A stretch of DNA of 57,262 bases, filler included, from Squatina squatina (GCA_031763465.1; 3 parts of 3 records of this genome joined end to end with filler, not necessarily neighbours in it), one strand, 5' to 3'; positions 1 to 12,233 are shown, counted from the whole stretch's first letter. The notes: generated from the letters alone by a model not told the origin. Numbers and translations are program-made.

Positions 1-366
1 TTATCTTCATGTTCAAAAACTTCCGTGGCCTCGCCCCTCCCGATCTCTGTAACCTCCTGCGGCCCTACAGCCCTCGAAGAATTCTATGTCCCTCCAGCTC
101 TTGTGCATCCCCTACTTCCTTCATCCCAACAATGGTGGCCATGCCTTCTGCCGTCTAGGCCCCAAGCTCTGGAATTCCCTCCCTAAACCTCTCCACCTCT
201 CGCTTCTACTTTAAGACGCTCTTTAAAATCTAGCTTTGTGACCAAGCATTTGGTTACCTATCCTAATATCTCCTTTTATGGCTCGGTGCCAATTTTTATC
301 TGATTATGCTACTGTGAAGCGCCTAGGGACGTTTTACGACATTAAAGGCGCTATAGAAATACAAGT
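1..366 (+). mobile_element. L2-type LINE 3' end
   Basis: Degenerate end of ORF2 followed by a tail ending ctgtgaagcgcctagggacgttttacgacattaaaggcgctatagaaatacaagt, resembling L2 and L2-dependent SINE 3' ends; the SINE at 5665 has a similar tail in reverse. Confidence 0.65.
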
Positions 367-2155
367 ACAGAGATGAGGGAAGGCCCTAGGAAGCCTTCGT
401 TCTTCATTTCCCGAGCGTCCTGCCCTAGACCAGCTACAAACCTTATTGTTTGGAAAGTGGAACTTTGAGGGTTAATTATAAACCTTCTCCTGGGTAAGTC
501 CAGCAATACTGGATGTGGAGAAAGGAAATGGTTTGGGTTTTTTAAAGTGGTTGATATCTAACAGGCATGCACTCACATGAAATGCACTGTTTATAGTAAA
601 TACAACTGAATGGCGAGGGGAGCAGTTGGCTTTAATTTCAATCAGCCAGGTGCGCGCCGCCCGAGAAGCACAGATGTTTCCATGTGAAGGCTACTTTGTA
701 GTTAATGAGATTGAGTAGAGCCGGGCAGACGGGGAAGGGGTTCAAATTTCAACCTCTTCTGGGAGACAGGTTCACTGAATAAAGGTAATGAGGTTGACTA
801 GAAGGTGACAGCTCAGCTTATTCCGTTTACTTCAGGGGTCTGGCAGGTTGCCGCTGCTCAATAGCACAGTAGGAAAGTGAACTCGAGTCCCATGGAGCCC
901 TCTGGAGGACCCGAGACGGGTATATGGGAGTGGAAGAAAGCAGGTGGGGGGTTGGGGGGGAATGTTTTGCCTCTAATGATGCCCGTCCTTGTTGATGGCT
1001 TGACCAAGAAAAACTGTTAAATTAAAAGGAANNNNNNNNNNNNNNNNNNNNNNNNNNNNNNNNNNNNNNNNNNNNNNNNNNNNNNNNNNNNNNNNNNNNN
1101 NNNNNNNNNNNNNNNNNNNNNNNNNNNNNNNAGTTTCAGTCTCAACACTAGAAGCTGATCAAAGCTCTTGACTTTATTCTCGAATTAAATATCTGCTTTT
1201 ACCTTTGAGATGTCTTGGCCATCAATTTTAATGCAGCCTCCCTTGACGTCATAAAATCGGAAGAGCAGACGGATGATGGTGCTTTTCCCTGACCCAGAGG
1301 GCCCAACCTAGAACAAATTACAAGTAACAGAATCGTTAATCCAATGGGCCGAATGGCCTCCTGTGCTGTAAACGTCTACAGTTCCACAGCATGGTTATGA
1401 GATGTGAAAACCGGTCGCTGCAGAACAAAGGTTTGAGAAAGGCCTTCAATGTCCTATTGGTTCGTACTTTTGATTTAAAATACATGTTTCAGCCTCTTCA
1501 AATGTACACAAATGGCACATTCATGCCCTATCTCGCTCACACTTGCTCCCCAACTCAAAAAAAAACTCTTGTCTCAACTCTTTAAAGGACAATAGCTCCC
1601 TCAATGGAGGAAGTAACTGGTCCAGTTGTGGCAGCATGGTGAAGACTGACTGGGAGGAGGGAAGGGAAGGGGCAATGCAGTGATAGTAGGGGTGGGGACA
1701 GAGGGCCATCACGGTGATTGCAGCATTTGGTGGCGAGGAGAGGGGCAATTTGATAATAGGTCTAGATGAGAAGGTCAACTTATAAAACGTCTGCTAGCAC
1801 GGAGGAGAATAGGCTGGGAACTTTATAACTGACTAGAAATGTGTGTTCAATTGCAGGACCCAACCTTGTCGATGAACATTTACTACAGTTCTTTTTAAAA
1901 AAAATAATTCTCTGTATGTGGCTGTCACTGGCAAGGCGGCATTTATCGCTCATTTCTAGTTGCCTGGAGAAAGTGAGCCACGACAGCCCTTGTGGTGATA
2001 GTGCTTCCCCCAACAATGGGCGTTGCCCAGAAAGCCTCAGATCATTACTCGCTGANNNNNNNNNNNNNNNNNNNNNNNNNNNNNNNNNNNNNNNNNNNNN
2101 NNNNNNNNNNNNNNNNNNNNNNNNNNNNNNNNNNNNNNNNNNNNNNNNNNNNNNN

Positions 2156-2296
2156 GCCACTCGCCTATCAAATACCACCTGCCCCACCTGTGGTCGAGTT
2201 TGCAGATCCAGTATAGGACTATTTAGTCACCTCAAAACCCACAACTACAGAGTGGTAGCAAGTCATCCTCGGCCCTGAGGGACTGCCTAAGAAGAG
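2156..2296 (+). mobile_element. RTE-clade LINE 3' fragment with C-terminal C2H2 motif
   Basis: Translates TCPTCGRVCRSSIGLFSHLKTH, followed by a short 3' UTR and an AAG-like tail; a second copy lies at 16300-16615 on the opposite strand. Confidence 0.65.
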
Positions 2297-2574
2297 GAAT
2301 TGGATTGAGACTGCCCAATCTCATTTCATGGAAGATTCTTATTGACAGAGATATTTAACCTCTCTACCAAACATATGTTTCTCTGCAGATTTTTTTAAGA
2401 ACATGCATAAAATGCATTCACTTAATACAGATAACCAGTATGTTTACAATATCATTCTCCTCCTCTGGTCTCGGGCCTTCCCTCGCCACTGCTTTTGTTC
2501 CCACTCTGGTCTGCTCCTCCTCTGGTCTCAGGCCTGCTCTCGCTGTTGCTTTTGTTCTCGCTCTGGTTCTCCAT

Positions 2575-3136
2575 TCAGGAGAACTTTCTTAGCCAGTACG
2601 TAGTAAGTCCAACAAGAGAGGGGGTGGCTCTGGACTTAGTTTTAAGGAATTAATCTGGGCAGGTGGATGGTGCATTAGTTGGGGAGCACTTTGGTGGGAG
2701 TGCTCATAATTCAATTAGATTTAGGGCAATTATGGAATTTGACAAGGATAGACCCGGGATAAAAGTTCTAAATTGGGCAAAAGCTCATTTTACTAAGCGA
2801 AGATGTGGTTTGGCTAACGTGGACTGGAATCAGCTACTTGAAGGTAAATCAGCGTCAGAACAGTGGGAGGCCTTCAAGGAGGAGATACTGAGGGTTCAGA
2901 GCAAGTATGTTCCCTTAAAGGAAAAGGGTGGGACTAACAAATCCAGAGCCCCCTGGATGTCAAAGGGCTTACAGGGGAGGATAAAGAAAAAAAGGAAAAT
3001 ATATAACAGATACCGAGGGCTCAATATTGCAGAAAACCTACAGCAATATAAAAAGTGTAGGGGTGAAATTAAAAAGGAAATTAGGAAAGCAAAGAAAGGG
3101 CATGAAAAATATTGGCATGTAAAATCAAGGAAAACC
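2575..3136 (+). mobile_element. CR1 LINE ORF2 fragment (endonuclease end and tether)
   Basis: Translation VGEHFGGSAHNSIRF...LNWAKAHF...QWEAFKEEILRVQSKYVP...PWMSK matches the CR1 SDH, W..FK and PW motifs. Confidence 0.8.
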
Positions 3137-3236
3137 NNNNNNNNNNNNNNNNNNNNNNNNNNNNNNNNNNNNNNNNNNNNNNNNNNNNNNNNNNNNNNNN
3201 NNNNNNNNNNNNNNNNNNNNNNNNNNNNNNNNNNNN

Positions 3237-3420
3237 GGGTTACAGTGAGGGAACACACGGCAGTAAGGGGGTTACAGTGAGGGAACACACGGCAGTAAGG
3301 GGGTTACAGTGAGAGAACACACGGCAGTAAGGGGGTTACACTGAGGGACATATAGCAGTGATAAAGGATTACCCGCAAGGAAGCAGATGGCAGGAGGAAA
3401 GGGTTACAGTGAAGGAGGCA
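3237..3420. repeat. 32-bp minisatellite (gggttacagtgagggaacacacggcagtaagg)
   Basis: Units recur at 3241, 3273, 3305 and 3337 and then decay; the array abuts a gap. Confidence 0.9.
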
Positions 3421-3445
3421 AACAGCAATATCAGAAGCCACTAAC

Positions 3446-3522
3446 CTGTAATAGGTTCCAAACCAGTTGAGGGGTGTGTAAAGCTGAATAATGTAAGTGC
3501 CAAACAGGACATAGTCACCAAC
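3446..3522 (-). CDS. ABCB6: ABCB6 internal exon (77 nt)
   Basis: ctag|...|gttag boundaries; encodes [26 protein letters not shown], almost identical to vertebrate ABCB6 TM6. Confidence 0.95.
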
Positions 3523-3782
3523 CTAGGCAGAAACAAGGATACGCATTCAATTACACTTTAGAGATTTTCAATAACGTGATCCACGGGACAGGGAACAGAT
3601 CGAAGGGACAGGGCCGGAGGTAGACGGGACGGGCCGTCAGTTGGAGAGAACTCATTGTAAGATCTATGGGACAAGGTGCAAAGCACACAAAATGGGGTGA
3701 AATACACAGAAGTTGCATCTACTGAAAATGGAAACTTTGGTTTGAATTTCAGCACTGGCCCAGAGTGTGAGAAGCCACTTAC

Positions 3783-3908
3783 TTTAAACTTTTTCTCTGT
3801 GACAAAGTAGGCACAGAGCAGTGATCCAGCAAGAAGCCCGAGCCCAATGATCACGTTCTGTGATTGGTTTAGAAGCGCGAGACTGGCACTCGTTTTCCAT
3901 TCTGCCAC
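3783..3908 (-). CDS. ABCB6: ABCB6 internal exon (126 nt)
   Basis: tttag|...|gtaagt boundaries; encodes [42 protein letters not shown]; phase 0 to 0, in frame with its neighbours. Confidence 0.95.
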
Positions 3909-4913
3909 CTAAACAGAAGTAATATTGAGAGGCGTGAGCAACAGATCCTGCTCCAGGAACCAGTGTGAATGAACCAAGGATATCAATCCACCTAATGCTC
4001 AACTTCACAAGAATGGTCTGGCACTTGGTGAGTGTTTCGTACATCCTTGTCTGCCAAAAGCTGCTTTTATACTGGTTGGCATGAGGCTTGGATTAACACT
4101 GTGCATACCGAGACCCCAAACTCACTTCATGTAGGACCCTTACAACCGCCGGAGAGAGAGGAGACATTTCTCTGTGGGAACTGCATTCTCCTCGCCATAT
4201 CCCACGGACAACTGCACCATCACAAATTCCTCAGCTGCCAATGGCACTTCAACGCTGCACCTCATACAGTGCAACAGACGGACAACACCGCAAAAAGGGA
4301 CAGAATGCAACAAAAAAGGAGCTGAACTTGGCATTTTACTGTGACAGGAAAAGGGCATTTTTTTTTCATTTGTGTCACGTTCTTTCAGACACAGTACAGA
4401 CGGGGTCAAAAATCAGTTTAACCCCACTGATTTATCCCATCGCCTTCTCAAGTTAGGAAAGGTCATGAGGGCGCCAGGAAGCTAATATACACGAGGTTAG
4501 GGGTTTCTGTGCGACCCCTGGGTTAGCTGCGAATGTCCTAGCTATGGTGGCAAATAAAGACACACTGCGGCTCAATGCAAGTAAAGGGCTCACCCGCGAG
4601 AGTGCTCCGTGATGCTGAGCCCGAGAAAAATATCTGGAGTAAAACTCCAACAAGTTACATTNNNNNNNNNNNNNNNNNNNNNNNNNNNNNNNNNNNNNNN
4701 NNNNNNNNNNNNNNNNNNNNNNNNNNNNNNNNNNNNNNNNNNNNNNNNNNNNNNNNNNNNNNNNNNNNNNNNNNNNNNNNNNNNNNNNNNNNNNNNNNNN
4801 NNNNNNNNNNNNNNNNNNNNNNNNNNNNNNNNNNNNNNNNNNNNNNNNNNNNNNNNNNNNNNNNNNNNNNNNNNNNNNNNNNNNNNNNNNNNNNNNNNNN
4901 NNNNNNNNNNNNN

Positions 4914-4992
4914 GGAGCTGGAGGAGGCGCAGACGCAGACCCATGTGCCGGGAGCCAGCGGAGGCGCAGACCCATATGCCGGGAGCCGGTGG
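4914..4992. repeat. About 31-bp GC-rich tandem repeat at a gap edge
   Basis: ggaggcgcagacccatrtgccgggagcc units; agacccat occurs at 4937 and 4968. Confidence 0.7.
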
Positions 4993-5081
4993 CACGGCTG
5001 TGGAGTTAAACCAATGTAGAAGGAGCTCAGCCATTCCGCAGATTTGTCAAGATTCAGAAGTCCTTCTCCGGACGCTCTTAC

Positions 5082-5147
5082 CTGATACTTCAGTATGGCA
5101 TCATTGAAACGGTTCACCTCATAACCCTCAGCATTGTAATACTTCAC
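5082..5147 (-). CDS. ABCB6: ABCB6 internal exon (66 nt)
   Basis: ttcag|...|gtaag boundaries; encodes VKYYNAEGYEVNRFNDAILKYQ. Confidence 0.95.
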
Positions 5148-5664
5148 CTGAAGGGAAAGAAAAGTGAGGTCAGTTTTGTGACGCCAGCAATACACAAATG
5201 AGAAATACGACACTTGGGTTCTCACCAGCAAACAAGTGGATCCATATGCACTTTGACTGAAGCAGTCAGATGGATCTTCAATTGGTGCACTGCCAACAGA
5301 CAGGCTTTGCATACACAATAATTTATTGTACTCCAAAATTTCATTGTGTAGGTCTCTAGGTGGAGAGCGAGGAAAAGAAAAACAGGCCTTATCCCACTAT
5401 TGTACTGCGTCCAAGTACTTCAAACAGTGAACTATTCTTGGAGTACAGCAACTGTTATGTAGGTAATGAGTTGACTGACCAGTTAATCTGATTTGGTGAT
5501 GTTGGTTCAGGGAGGACTGTTGGCCAGGATATTCGAGGGATGATTCAACGCTCTTAGGCAAAGCTACACCGGACAGAAGCACAAGTCATGAAAATTGAAC
5601 CTACATCTTTGTCCTGCATTCCCTTCAAATGCTGCTCCCCACTGGGAGCGCAGGACCACTCTTG

Positions 5665-6105
5665 ACAAAAAGACTTGTATTTCGATAGCGCCTTTTACCA
5701 CCTCAGGATGACCCAAAGCATTTTACAGCCAATGAAGCACATCTGAAGTATAGTTATTGTTGTAATGTAGGAAACACAGCAACCAATTAGCAAACAGCAA
5801 GATGATAATGTTGAGTTAATCTGTTTTGGCGATGCTGGTTGAGGGATAAATATTGGCTAGGACACCAGGAAGAACTCCCCTGCTCTTCTTCAAAATAGTG
5901 CCTTGGGATCTTTTATGCCCACTTGATTGGCTGACAGGGCATCGCTGTAACATCTCACCCGAAAGATGGCACCTCCGACAGTGCAGGACTCCCTCAGCTC
6001 TGCACTGGGTGTGTCAACCTGAATTTTGTACTCAAGTCGCTGGAGTGGAACTTGAACCCACCCACCTTTTGACTCATAGGCTACCCACTGAGGCACAGCT
6101 AACAC
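5665..6105 (-). mobile_element. Near full-length Deu-domain SINE (SacSINE1-like)
   Basis: The minus strand shows a tRNA-like head with B box (ggttcaagttc), a central conserved body and an L2-like tail; partial copies lie at about 10940-11180, 25610-25840, 36225-36345 and 41125-41260. Confidence 0.7.
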
Positions 6106-7526
6106 CCTATTCTTCTTCAGTTAGTGCCAAGGGATCTTCAACATCCACCTGAACCAACAGATCAGGCAGAAAGGATCTCAAAGAAGCATCACGTCTGAAA
6201 GGATAATAAGCAGACAAACGGATGTGCAGAACGCCTTGGGAGTTTATTCAACTTCTGTCCCTCAGAGCTTCGACAGGAAGTGAATTGATCCTTTTCATTC
6301 ACTTTGTACTGTACATGTGCAGGAGTTGACAGGGAGCCACTTAGAATACCAGGCAGATGCGAATAATTCTGTTTTACCTGATCAGTACCATTTTGTATTC
6401 AAATATGCTTTGAAGTCCATTTGATCCCAGTAGCAAAGCAGAAAGTTTCTGGGGAAAGAATCAGGAATAAGTGGGAAATGTTAAAACCTTTGATGGCCTT
6501 CCAGAATGCTGCGAGGCACAGATTGTAGTTTGAGAGCTAAAAGCATGTGTGCATCTTTTACGTCTCATCATGTTCTGCGGCTTACGGAGCAGAAAGTGCA
6601 ATCCTGTGTTGTTAAACATGTCGCTAATTCACTTCCTTCCAGCACCAAAGCAGTAATTAGATCAAAGGTAATTTAGGAGAGCCTTGATTCACTAAATCCA
6701 GCGAAAGCCACAAGGGAAGGAAGAATTTGTCTCACCCTTTACATTTGGATATTTTCATTAAAACATCATGGGCTAGAAATTGCATAGCGCCCGGTTTGAG
6801 GCGATAACTTTTCAGGGAGCACTAAAGTATCGCCAGGTGCAAAAGACTTTTTTCCTCCCGGGAACTTCCGCTTTAGCGCTCCAAGAGGGAAGAGTAGCAC
6901 TAAATGAAGTGCTATCACTTCCCTCAAAGCGCTAGTGACTGAGAGAGGCGGTGGCGGCACAGCGCTGAACAATGTTCCGGGCAGCTAATGTCTTTGGAAG
7001 CTCCTTCCCTCACTAAAAGGGAAGGGCCAATGATGGGTTGACACATCCTGTGGGGCCGTGGNNNNNNNNNNNNNNNNNNNNNNNNNNNNNNNNNNNNNNN
7101 NNNNNNNNNNNNNNNNNNNNNNNNNNNNNNNNNNNNNNNNNNNNNNNNNNNNNNNNNNNNNTATCATTTCCATTTCCTAAAGGGACAGGTGCCCTCACAG
7201 TCTCAGAGGAGACTAACAATCTGGTCCCAATTACTGCCGTGTTATGGGCTGTGGATCAGCGCCCATTAGGAACTGGGCTTTTTCAGTAAGTGTCTGATTC
7301 TGTCCCCATAGTTGTGTTGCAGTAAACCTATGATGCACTAAGGCAGAGGCCGTGTTAAAATGTTGGAGATTTTTTAGCTGCTACAGTTGGGCTTGGCCGG
7401 GAATGGCGTCGTGAAGCATTTAGCCACTCTCAGCCCATGTTTTAAAGAGCGTGATGCTTCTTATCGTGAGCACTTAGACGCAAATTTAGCACAAAGAATA
7501 ATTTACTTGTTGGTCAGGATACTTAC

Positions 7527-7648
7527 TTAAGTACAGCACCATGCAAACAAAGACAATGAGTCCGAACCAGGCATTAAAGTTGGAGGTGAAGTAAACAATG
7601 GCGATGATGATATCTGCGATCGTCGGGAAGATGCTGAAAACAATGTAG
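7527..7648 (-). CDS. ABCB6: ABCB6 internal exon (122 nt)
   Basis: ttccag|...|gtaagt boundaries; encodes [40 protein letters not shown], matching ABCB6 TM3-4. The ORF track does not show this frame. Confidence 0.93.
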
Positions 7649-8249
7649 CTGGAAAATAAAGTTTATTTATCACTGAATGAAGCAAAATTACAATCTTTAA
7701 GCTTTTGAGTGCAAATTTTCTCACTGCAATTAAAAGTTTCAGGGGCCCTGTTACTGAACAGATGCGACTTTTAAAGTCGCAGATACAACCATTTCTTAGG
7801 CGATCAGAGTATTGCCCCAGTCACCAGGCAATGTGAGGGTCAGGACCCTCTGTGTGACAGTCTCTGAAACAGCTACATTACTGACAGCACAGGAGAGCCT
7901 TACGGCAGTGAGTCAGAAGGGGATGCGTGTAGAGTGACAATATTTTGTTCATTACAGCAAAGTCTGCTTTCACAGAAGTCCAGCTCCACCACAGAAACAC
8001 TGCACACAAAGGGGCCAGATTGTGAGTACCCAAAACCCCCTTGGGATCGTTCAATTAGCATGTCTGGATCAATCTCGCTCTCTTTCCGCCTCTCCCACAC
8101 ATTGACTATTTGCTTACGTCCTCTTCTAAACCACCAAACCCCCACCCCCATTCTTTTCTTTCCTCTGATCTCTGGCCACAGAGTTTCCGAGCTCTCTCCC
8201 GAAGCACGTTGCCTTTGACTCACGCGGATCAGGATTAGAAATTTTTTTT

Positions 8250-8559
8250 CTTATTCATTCATGTAGGGGCTGTTGGCAAGGCCAGCATTTATTGCCCATC
8301 CCTAATTGCCCTTGAGAAGCCACCTTCCTAAACCGCTGCAGTCCGTGCGGTGAAGGTGCTCCCACAGTGCTGCTAGAGAGGGAGTTCCAGGAGTTTGACC
8401 CAGCGACAATGAAAGAACAGCAATATATTTCCAAGTCAGGATGGTGTGTGACTTGGAGGTGGTAGTGTCCCCATGCGCCTGCTGCCCTTGTCCTTCTAGG
8501 TGGTAGAGGTCGCGGGTTTGGGAGGTGCTGTTGAAGAAGCCTTGGCAAGTTGCTGCAGT
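8250..8559 (-). mobile_element. CR1-like LINE 3' end
   Basis: The motif ggccagcatttattgcccatccctaattgcccttgagaag recurs near 34365; the minus translation contains FIVAGSNSWNSL, a LINE C-terminal WNSL motif. Confidence 0.6.
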
Positions 8560-8937
8560 NNNNNNNNNNNNNNNNNNNNNNNNNNNNNNNNNNNNNNNNN
8601 NNNNNNNNNNNNNNNNNNNNNNNNNNNNNNNNNNNNNNNNNNNNNNNNNNNNNNNNNNNTATTTTGTAATGAAAAATAGGCGAGAACACAAACACAGGAA
8701 TAAGCAGGCTGGCCTGTAATAAAGCAAAGTAAAATAAAATAAAATAAAATACAGCTAAAAGAAGCTAGTGCATTGGGTTTTAAATTGCATTAAGCTCCAA
8801 CTGGTAAGTTGCAGTTACAAAGAATGAAGCTGCACTGAGCTTGTTTGCTCTGCATTATTCCACAGGACAGTCAGGTTCCTGCAAGTAGGGGTGGTCAGCA
8901 TTGATCTTGCTGTCAAGGAGGGGAAAAAAAATCAGGC

Positions 8938-9009
8938 TGCGTCAGTTTTCTTTGGGGCTGCTGTTTGGTATAAATAGGACTCTGCAGCCCAGGTTCCGCA
9001 CACAGCCAT
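8938..9009 (+). promoter_or_regulatory. NEFL: NEFL-like core promoter: CRE-like TGCGTCA (8938-8944), TATAAATA (8969-8976), 5' UTR start ccgcacacagccat
   Basis: The motifs are seen directly, immediately upstream of an NEFL-like head. The TATAAATAGG...ccgcacacagccat arrangement resembles the mammalian NEFL promoter as I recall it (not verified). Confidence 0.7.
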
Positions 9010-9019
9010 NNNNNNNNNN

Positions 9020-9477
9020 TACGGGGACAGTCCTGTGCCCAGGAGCTACGGAACTGTCCAGCATTTCAGGAGCAACTATGGAGGCAGCCTCAAGCCTGCC
9101 TACAGCGCCTACTCTTCGCCCACCTTCTCGGCCAGGAAAGCCCACAGCGTCTCGTCCGCCTTGCTGTCCTCGCTGGACACCTTCGACCTGAGCCAAGCCA
9201 GCGCGGTGAGCAGCGAGTTCAAGGCGGTGCGGACCCAGGAGAAAGCCCAGCTCCAGGACCTCAACGACCGCTTCGCCAAGTACATCAACAACACCATCCT
9301 CAGCCTCATGCGCAAGAACAAGGAGCTGCTGGCCGAGCTCAAGCAGGCGGAGAAGGAGGAGACCGGCCGCGTCGAGGCCATCTTCCAGAAGGCCAGGAAC
9401 GACCTGAAGGCGCGGCTCGAGGAGCAGCAGAAGGAGCTCAATTGCCTCAAGGCGGATAAAGAAAAGTACAAGAAAAG
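9020..9477 (+). CDS. Intermediate filament exon 1 (5' truncated by gap): NEFL-like head and coil 1A start, followed by a divergent coil 1A/L1/1B
   Basis: Open frame YGDSP...FDLSQASAVSSEFKAVRTQEKAQLQDLNDRFA is NEFL-like and continues as KYINNTILSLMRKNKELLAELKQ...YKKR; phase-2 donor AAAAG|gtgggg; strong GC3 bias. Confidence 0.85.
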
Positions 9478-9574
9478 GTGGGGCCTGGGGAGAAGGCGAA
9501 GGAGCTGGAGGAAGAGAGGAGAGAGATTGGGTAGAGGTTTCTGACATTAACAACGCGCTGGCAATAGTGGTTTC

Positions 9575-9700
9575 TAACCCTAACTTCTGACCCCGAATCC
9601 CAACTCTGACCCCGAATCCCAACCCTAACCTCTGACCCCGAATCCCAACCCTAACCTCTGACCCCTAATCCCCAACACGTAACCTCTGACTGCAAATCCT
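9575..9700. repeat. 26-bp minisatellite containing CCCTAA (aaccctaacctctgaccccgaatccc)
   Basis: Units start at 9621 and 9647, with degenerate flanking copies to about 9800. Confidence 0.85.
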
Positions 9701-10654
9701 GGCCCCCTGATTGCTATCCCAAACCTCTAACCCGTGATTGCTACCCGAAACCTCTGACAGCTATTCCCAGCCCCTAAGCTCTGACCCATAATCACAACTC
9801 CTCATCTCAGCCCCAGGACATCGCTGCAGGAATTCCGCAAATCCAAGGATGAGGGGCGACTTGATAGAGGTTTATAAGANNNNNNNNNNNNNNNNNNNNN
9901 NNNNNNNNNNNNNNNNNNNNNNNNNNNNNNNNNNNNNNNNNNNNNNNNNNNNNNNNNNNNNNNNNNNNNNNNNNNNNNNTAGTTTCCTTGATTTAGATTC
10001 AGGATGCTCGTCTCAGAATCAACTACATCACTCTCCATCTTAATAAAGAATTCTATCATATTATGGCCCCAGTGGGCCTCGCACAACAAGACTGTAAAGC
10101 AACTTGGGATGTCCTGAGGTTATGAAAGATGCTATTTAAATGCAATCTTTCTGCTTTTTTTCTGAAAATTGGCAGTTGGAGACATTCAGGAAATTGATAT
10201 TTTGTACAGGATTGCCCTGCTGTATTCCTAAATGGAGGCTGCCCCATTATCCCTTTTCATTAAATCACAACAGGGGACTTCTGGAAAAAACGTCTGTCCT
10301 CTGACTGCCTCTCTACAATTATTTTAAAGCTTTCGACAAGCATAACAAGTAACTGCTGAGAGACACATCTCTCCTTGTACCATCTATGATCCAGGTCCAA
10401 ACACTCTTTTAATGTTTAATATGGAATGCTTTTAGGTAACATAAGTATAACAATTATTATACTGTCTTGTACATTAGCACATTTAGACAAGATGTCAGTG
10501 TTCACCATTTTAACGTATATATAAGCAAAAACTGCTGTAAAAACTCAGCAGGTCNNNNNNNNNNNNNNNNNNNNNNNNNNNNNNNNNNNNNNNNNNNNNN
10601 NNNNNNNNNNNNNNNNNNNNNNNNNNNNNNNNNNNNNNNNNNNNNNNNNNNNNN

Positions 10655-10930
10655 CAAGCCGTCATCAATACTCTGCCGTGATCTATTTAAATGTGCCGGT
10701 TCTCCCACAATCCTCTGCTTTGTTCTATTTAAATGTGCCGGTTCTCCCACAATCCTCTGCCGTGGTCTATTTAAATGTGCCGGTTCTCCCACAATACTCT
10801 GCCGTGGTCTATTTAAATGTGCCGGTTCTCCCACAATCCTCTGCAATGGTCTATTTAAATGTACCAGTTCTCCCACAATCCTCTGCCTCACTCTGTTTCA
10901 ATGTGCCGGTGCTCCCGCGATGCTCTGCCA
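10655..10930. repeat. 42-bp minisatellite (ctatttaaatgtgccggttctcccacaatcctctgccgtggt), about 6 copies
   Basis: Period 42 (10683, 10725, 10767...); explains the 14-aa repeat ORFs on both strands. Confidence 0.95.
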
Positions 10931-11341
10931 ATTTGTTGAGGTAAAACTGTTGGCCAGGACACTGAGGGAGCTATGAAATATTCTTTGAATAGTTTCATGG
11001 GATCTTTAACATCCAAGTGAGCCAAAGCAGATAGAGAGGGCCTTAGTTTAACATCTCCAAAGGAAACGCCTCCGATAATGCTGCAGACCAGCAGCACTGC
11101 TCTGGAGTGTTAGCCTAGATTGATCTGAATTCTTCGATCTATAACTTTCTGATCAGAAGCTACTAAGCCAACCTGACACATATCTATGCTGCTTTCTTTT
11201 CGTCAGCCATGTTCAGTTAACAAAACAGTTTAGTGAAACTGGTGTCACAGTTTTGCCACAATATTTGGTTGGATGTAATAAAAGCAAAGTTCTAATATAT
11301 GTAACACATCTGTAATTGGTGTATTTGGTGTCTTCCGAAAG

Positions 11342-11535
11342 GATGAATTAATGAAGAACTCACTGCTTGAAAAGGACAAAGACATAAACAGACAGAGAGA
11401 ATGCAGTAAAGTACTGGAAAAGAGGATTGTGCGGCACACGAATGAATATCAGGAGCTATTAAATGTAAAGACACAACTTGAGCAAGAGATTGCTGCTTAC
11501 AAAAACTTACTGGGTCAAGTGGAAAAGAAAGCAAG
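11342..11535 (+). CDS. Divergent intermediate filament coil-2B-end exon (194 nt, phase 0 to 2)
   Basis: gaaag|GATGAA...GCAAG|gttagt; encodes DELMKNSLLEKDKDINRQRECSKVLEKRIVRHTNEYQELLNVKTQLEQEIAAYKNLLGQVEKKAR, a variant of the IF helix-termination motif [29 protein letters not shown]. Confidence 0.8.
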
Positions 11536-11714
11536 GTTAGTATTGTCTTAAGCAGATCTAGGAAATGTCATCACGTGGACTTTATTTGTGGCTTTTTAAA
11601 TGGTTGTTTTCTTATGAAATTGTGGAAGTAGACTCTGTGGTGTGAAACACATATACAAGGAACAGTGCAGTGACTGTTGAACAGCCTGTAATGTGATGGG
11701 ACCAACTGACAGGT

Positions 11715-12233
11715 GAGTGTGACGACCTTTGAGCTTAAGGCAACACGCAACCAAGTGTGGCACTTAGGAGCCCCAGTAAATCTAAAGTCAATGGGGATCA
11801 GGGGAAAACCCTTCAGCTGCTGGAGGCATGCACAAAGGTTGTGGTCGTTGGAGGCCAATCGTCTCAGTCCCAGAACATTGCTGCAAGAGATCCTCAGGGC
11901 AGCGCCCTAGGTCCTTCTACCTTCAGCTGCTTCATCAATGACCTTCGCTCCTCATAAGGTCAGAAGTGGGGATGTTTGCTGATGATTGCACAGTATTCAG
12001 CTCCATTTGCAATTCCACAAATAATGAAGCAGCCCATGCCTACAATCTGCCATTACCTGAACACCATCTAGGCTTGGGCTGATAAGTGGTAAGTAACATT
12101 CGTGCCAGGCAATGACTATCTCCAACAACAGAAAGTCTAACCACCTCCCCATGACATTACCATCAACATCTTGGAGGTCACCATTGACCAGAAACTCAAC
12201 TGGAGCAGCCAAATAATAGCTGAGGCAACTGGA
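11715..12233 (+). mobile_element. Degenerate CR1-like RT fragment
   Basis: PQGSALGPSTFSCFINDL followed by mFADDct, the RT motifs of CR1/L2 elements, with frameshifts. Confidence 0.8.

Noticed and set aside
2156-2278. C2H2 zinc-finger host gene
   Set aside because: A single finger at a LINE 3' end, repeated at 16300-16615.
9004-9010. gccatn as the start codon
   Set aside because: The next base is N and the segment resembles the beginning of the NEFL 5' UTR; the true ATG is probably in the under-sized gap.
8942-9622. 226-aa and 120-aa minus-strand ORFs
   Set aside because: They are antisense shadows of the GC3-rich IF exon.
9575-9700. Interstitial telomere
   Set aside because: Only isolated CCCTAA hexamers occur within a longer unit; there is no (TTAGGG)n run.
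10467-10976. Repeat-protein ORFs or a CRISPR-like array
   Set aside because: This is a head-to-tail 42-bp minisatellite with no unique spacers; the unit length, divisible by 3, explains the ORFs.
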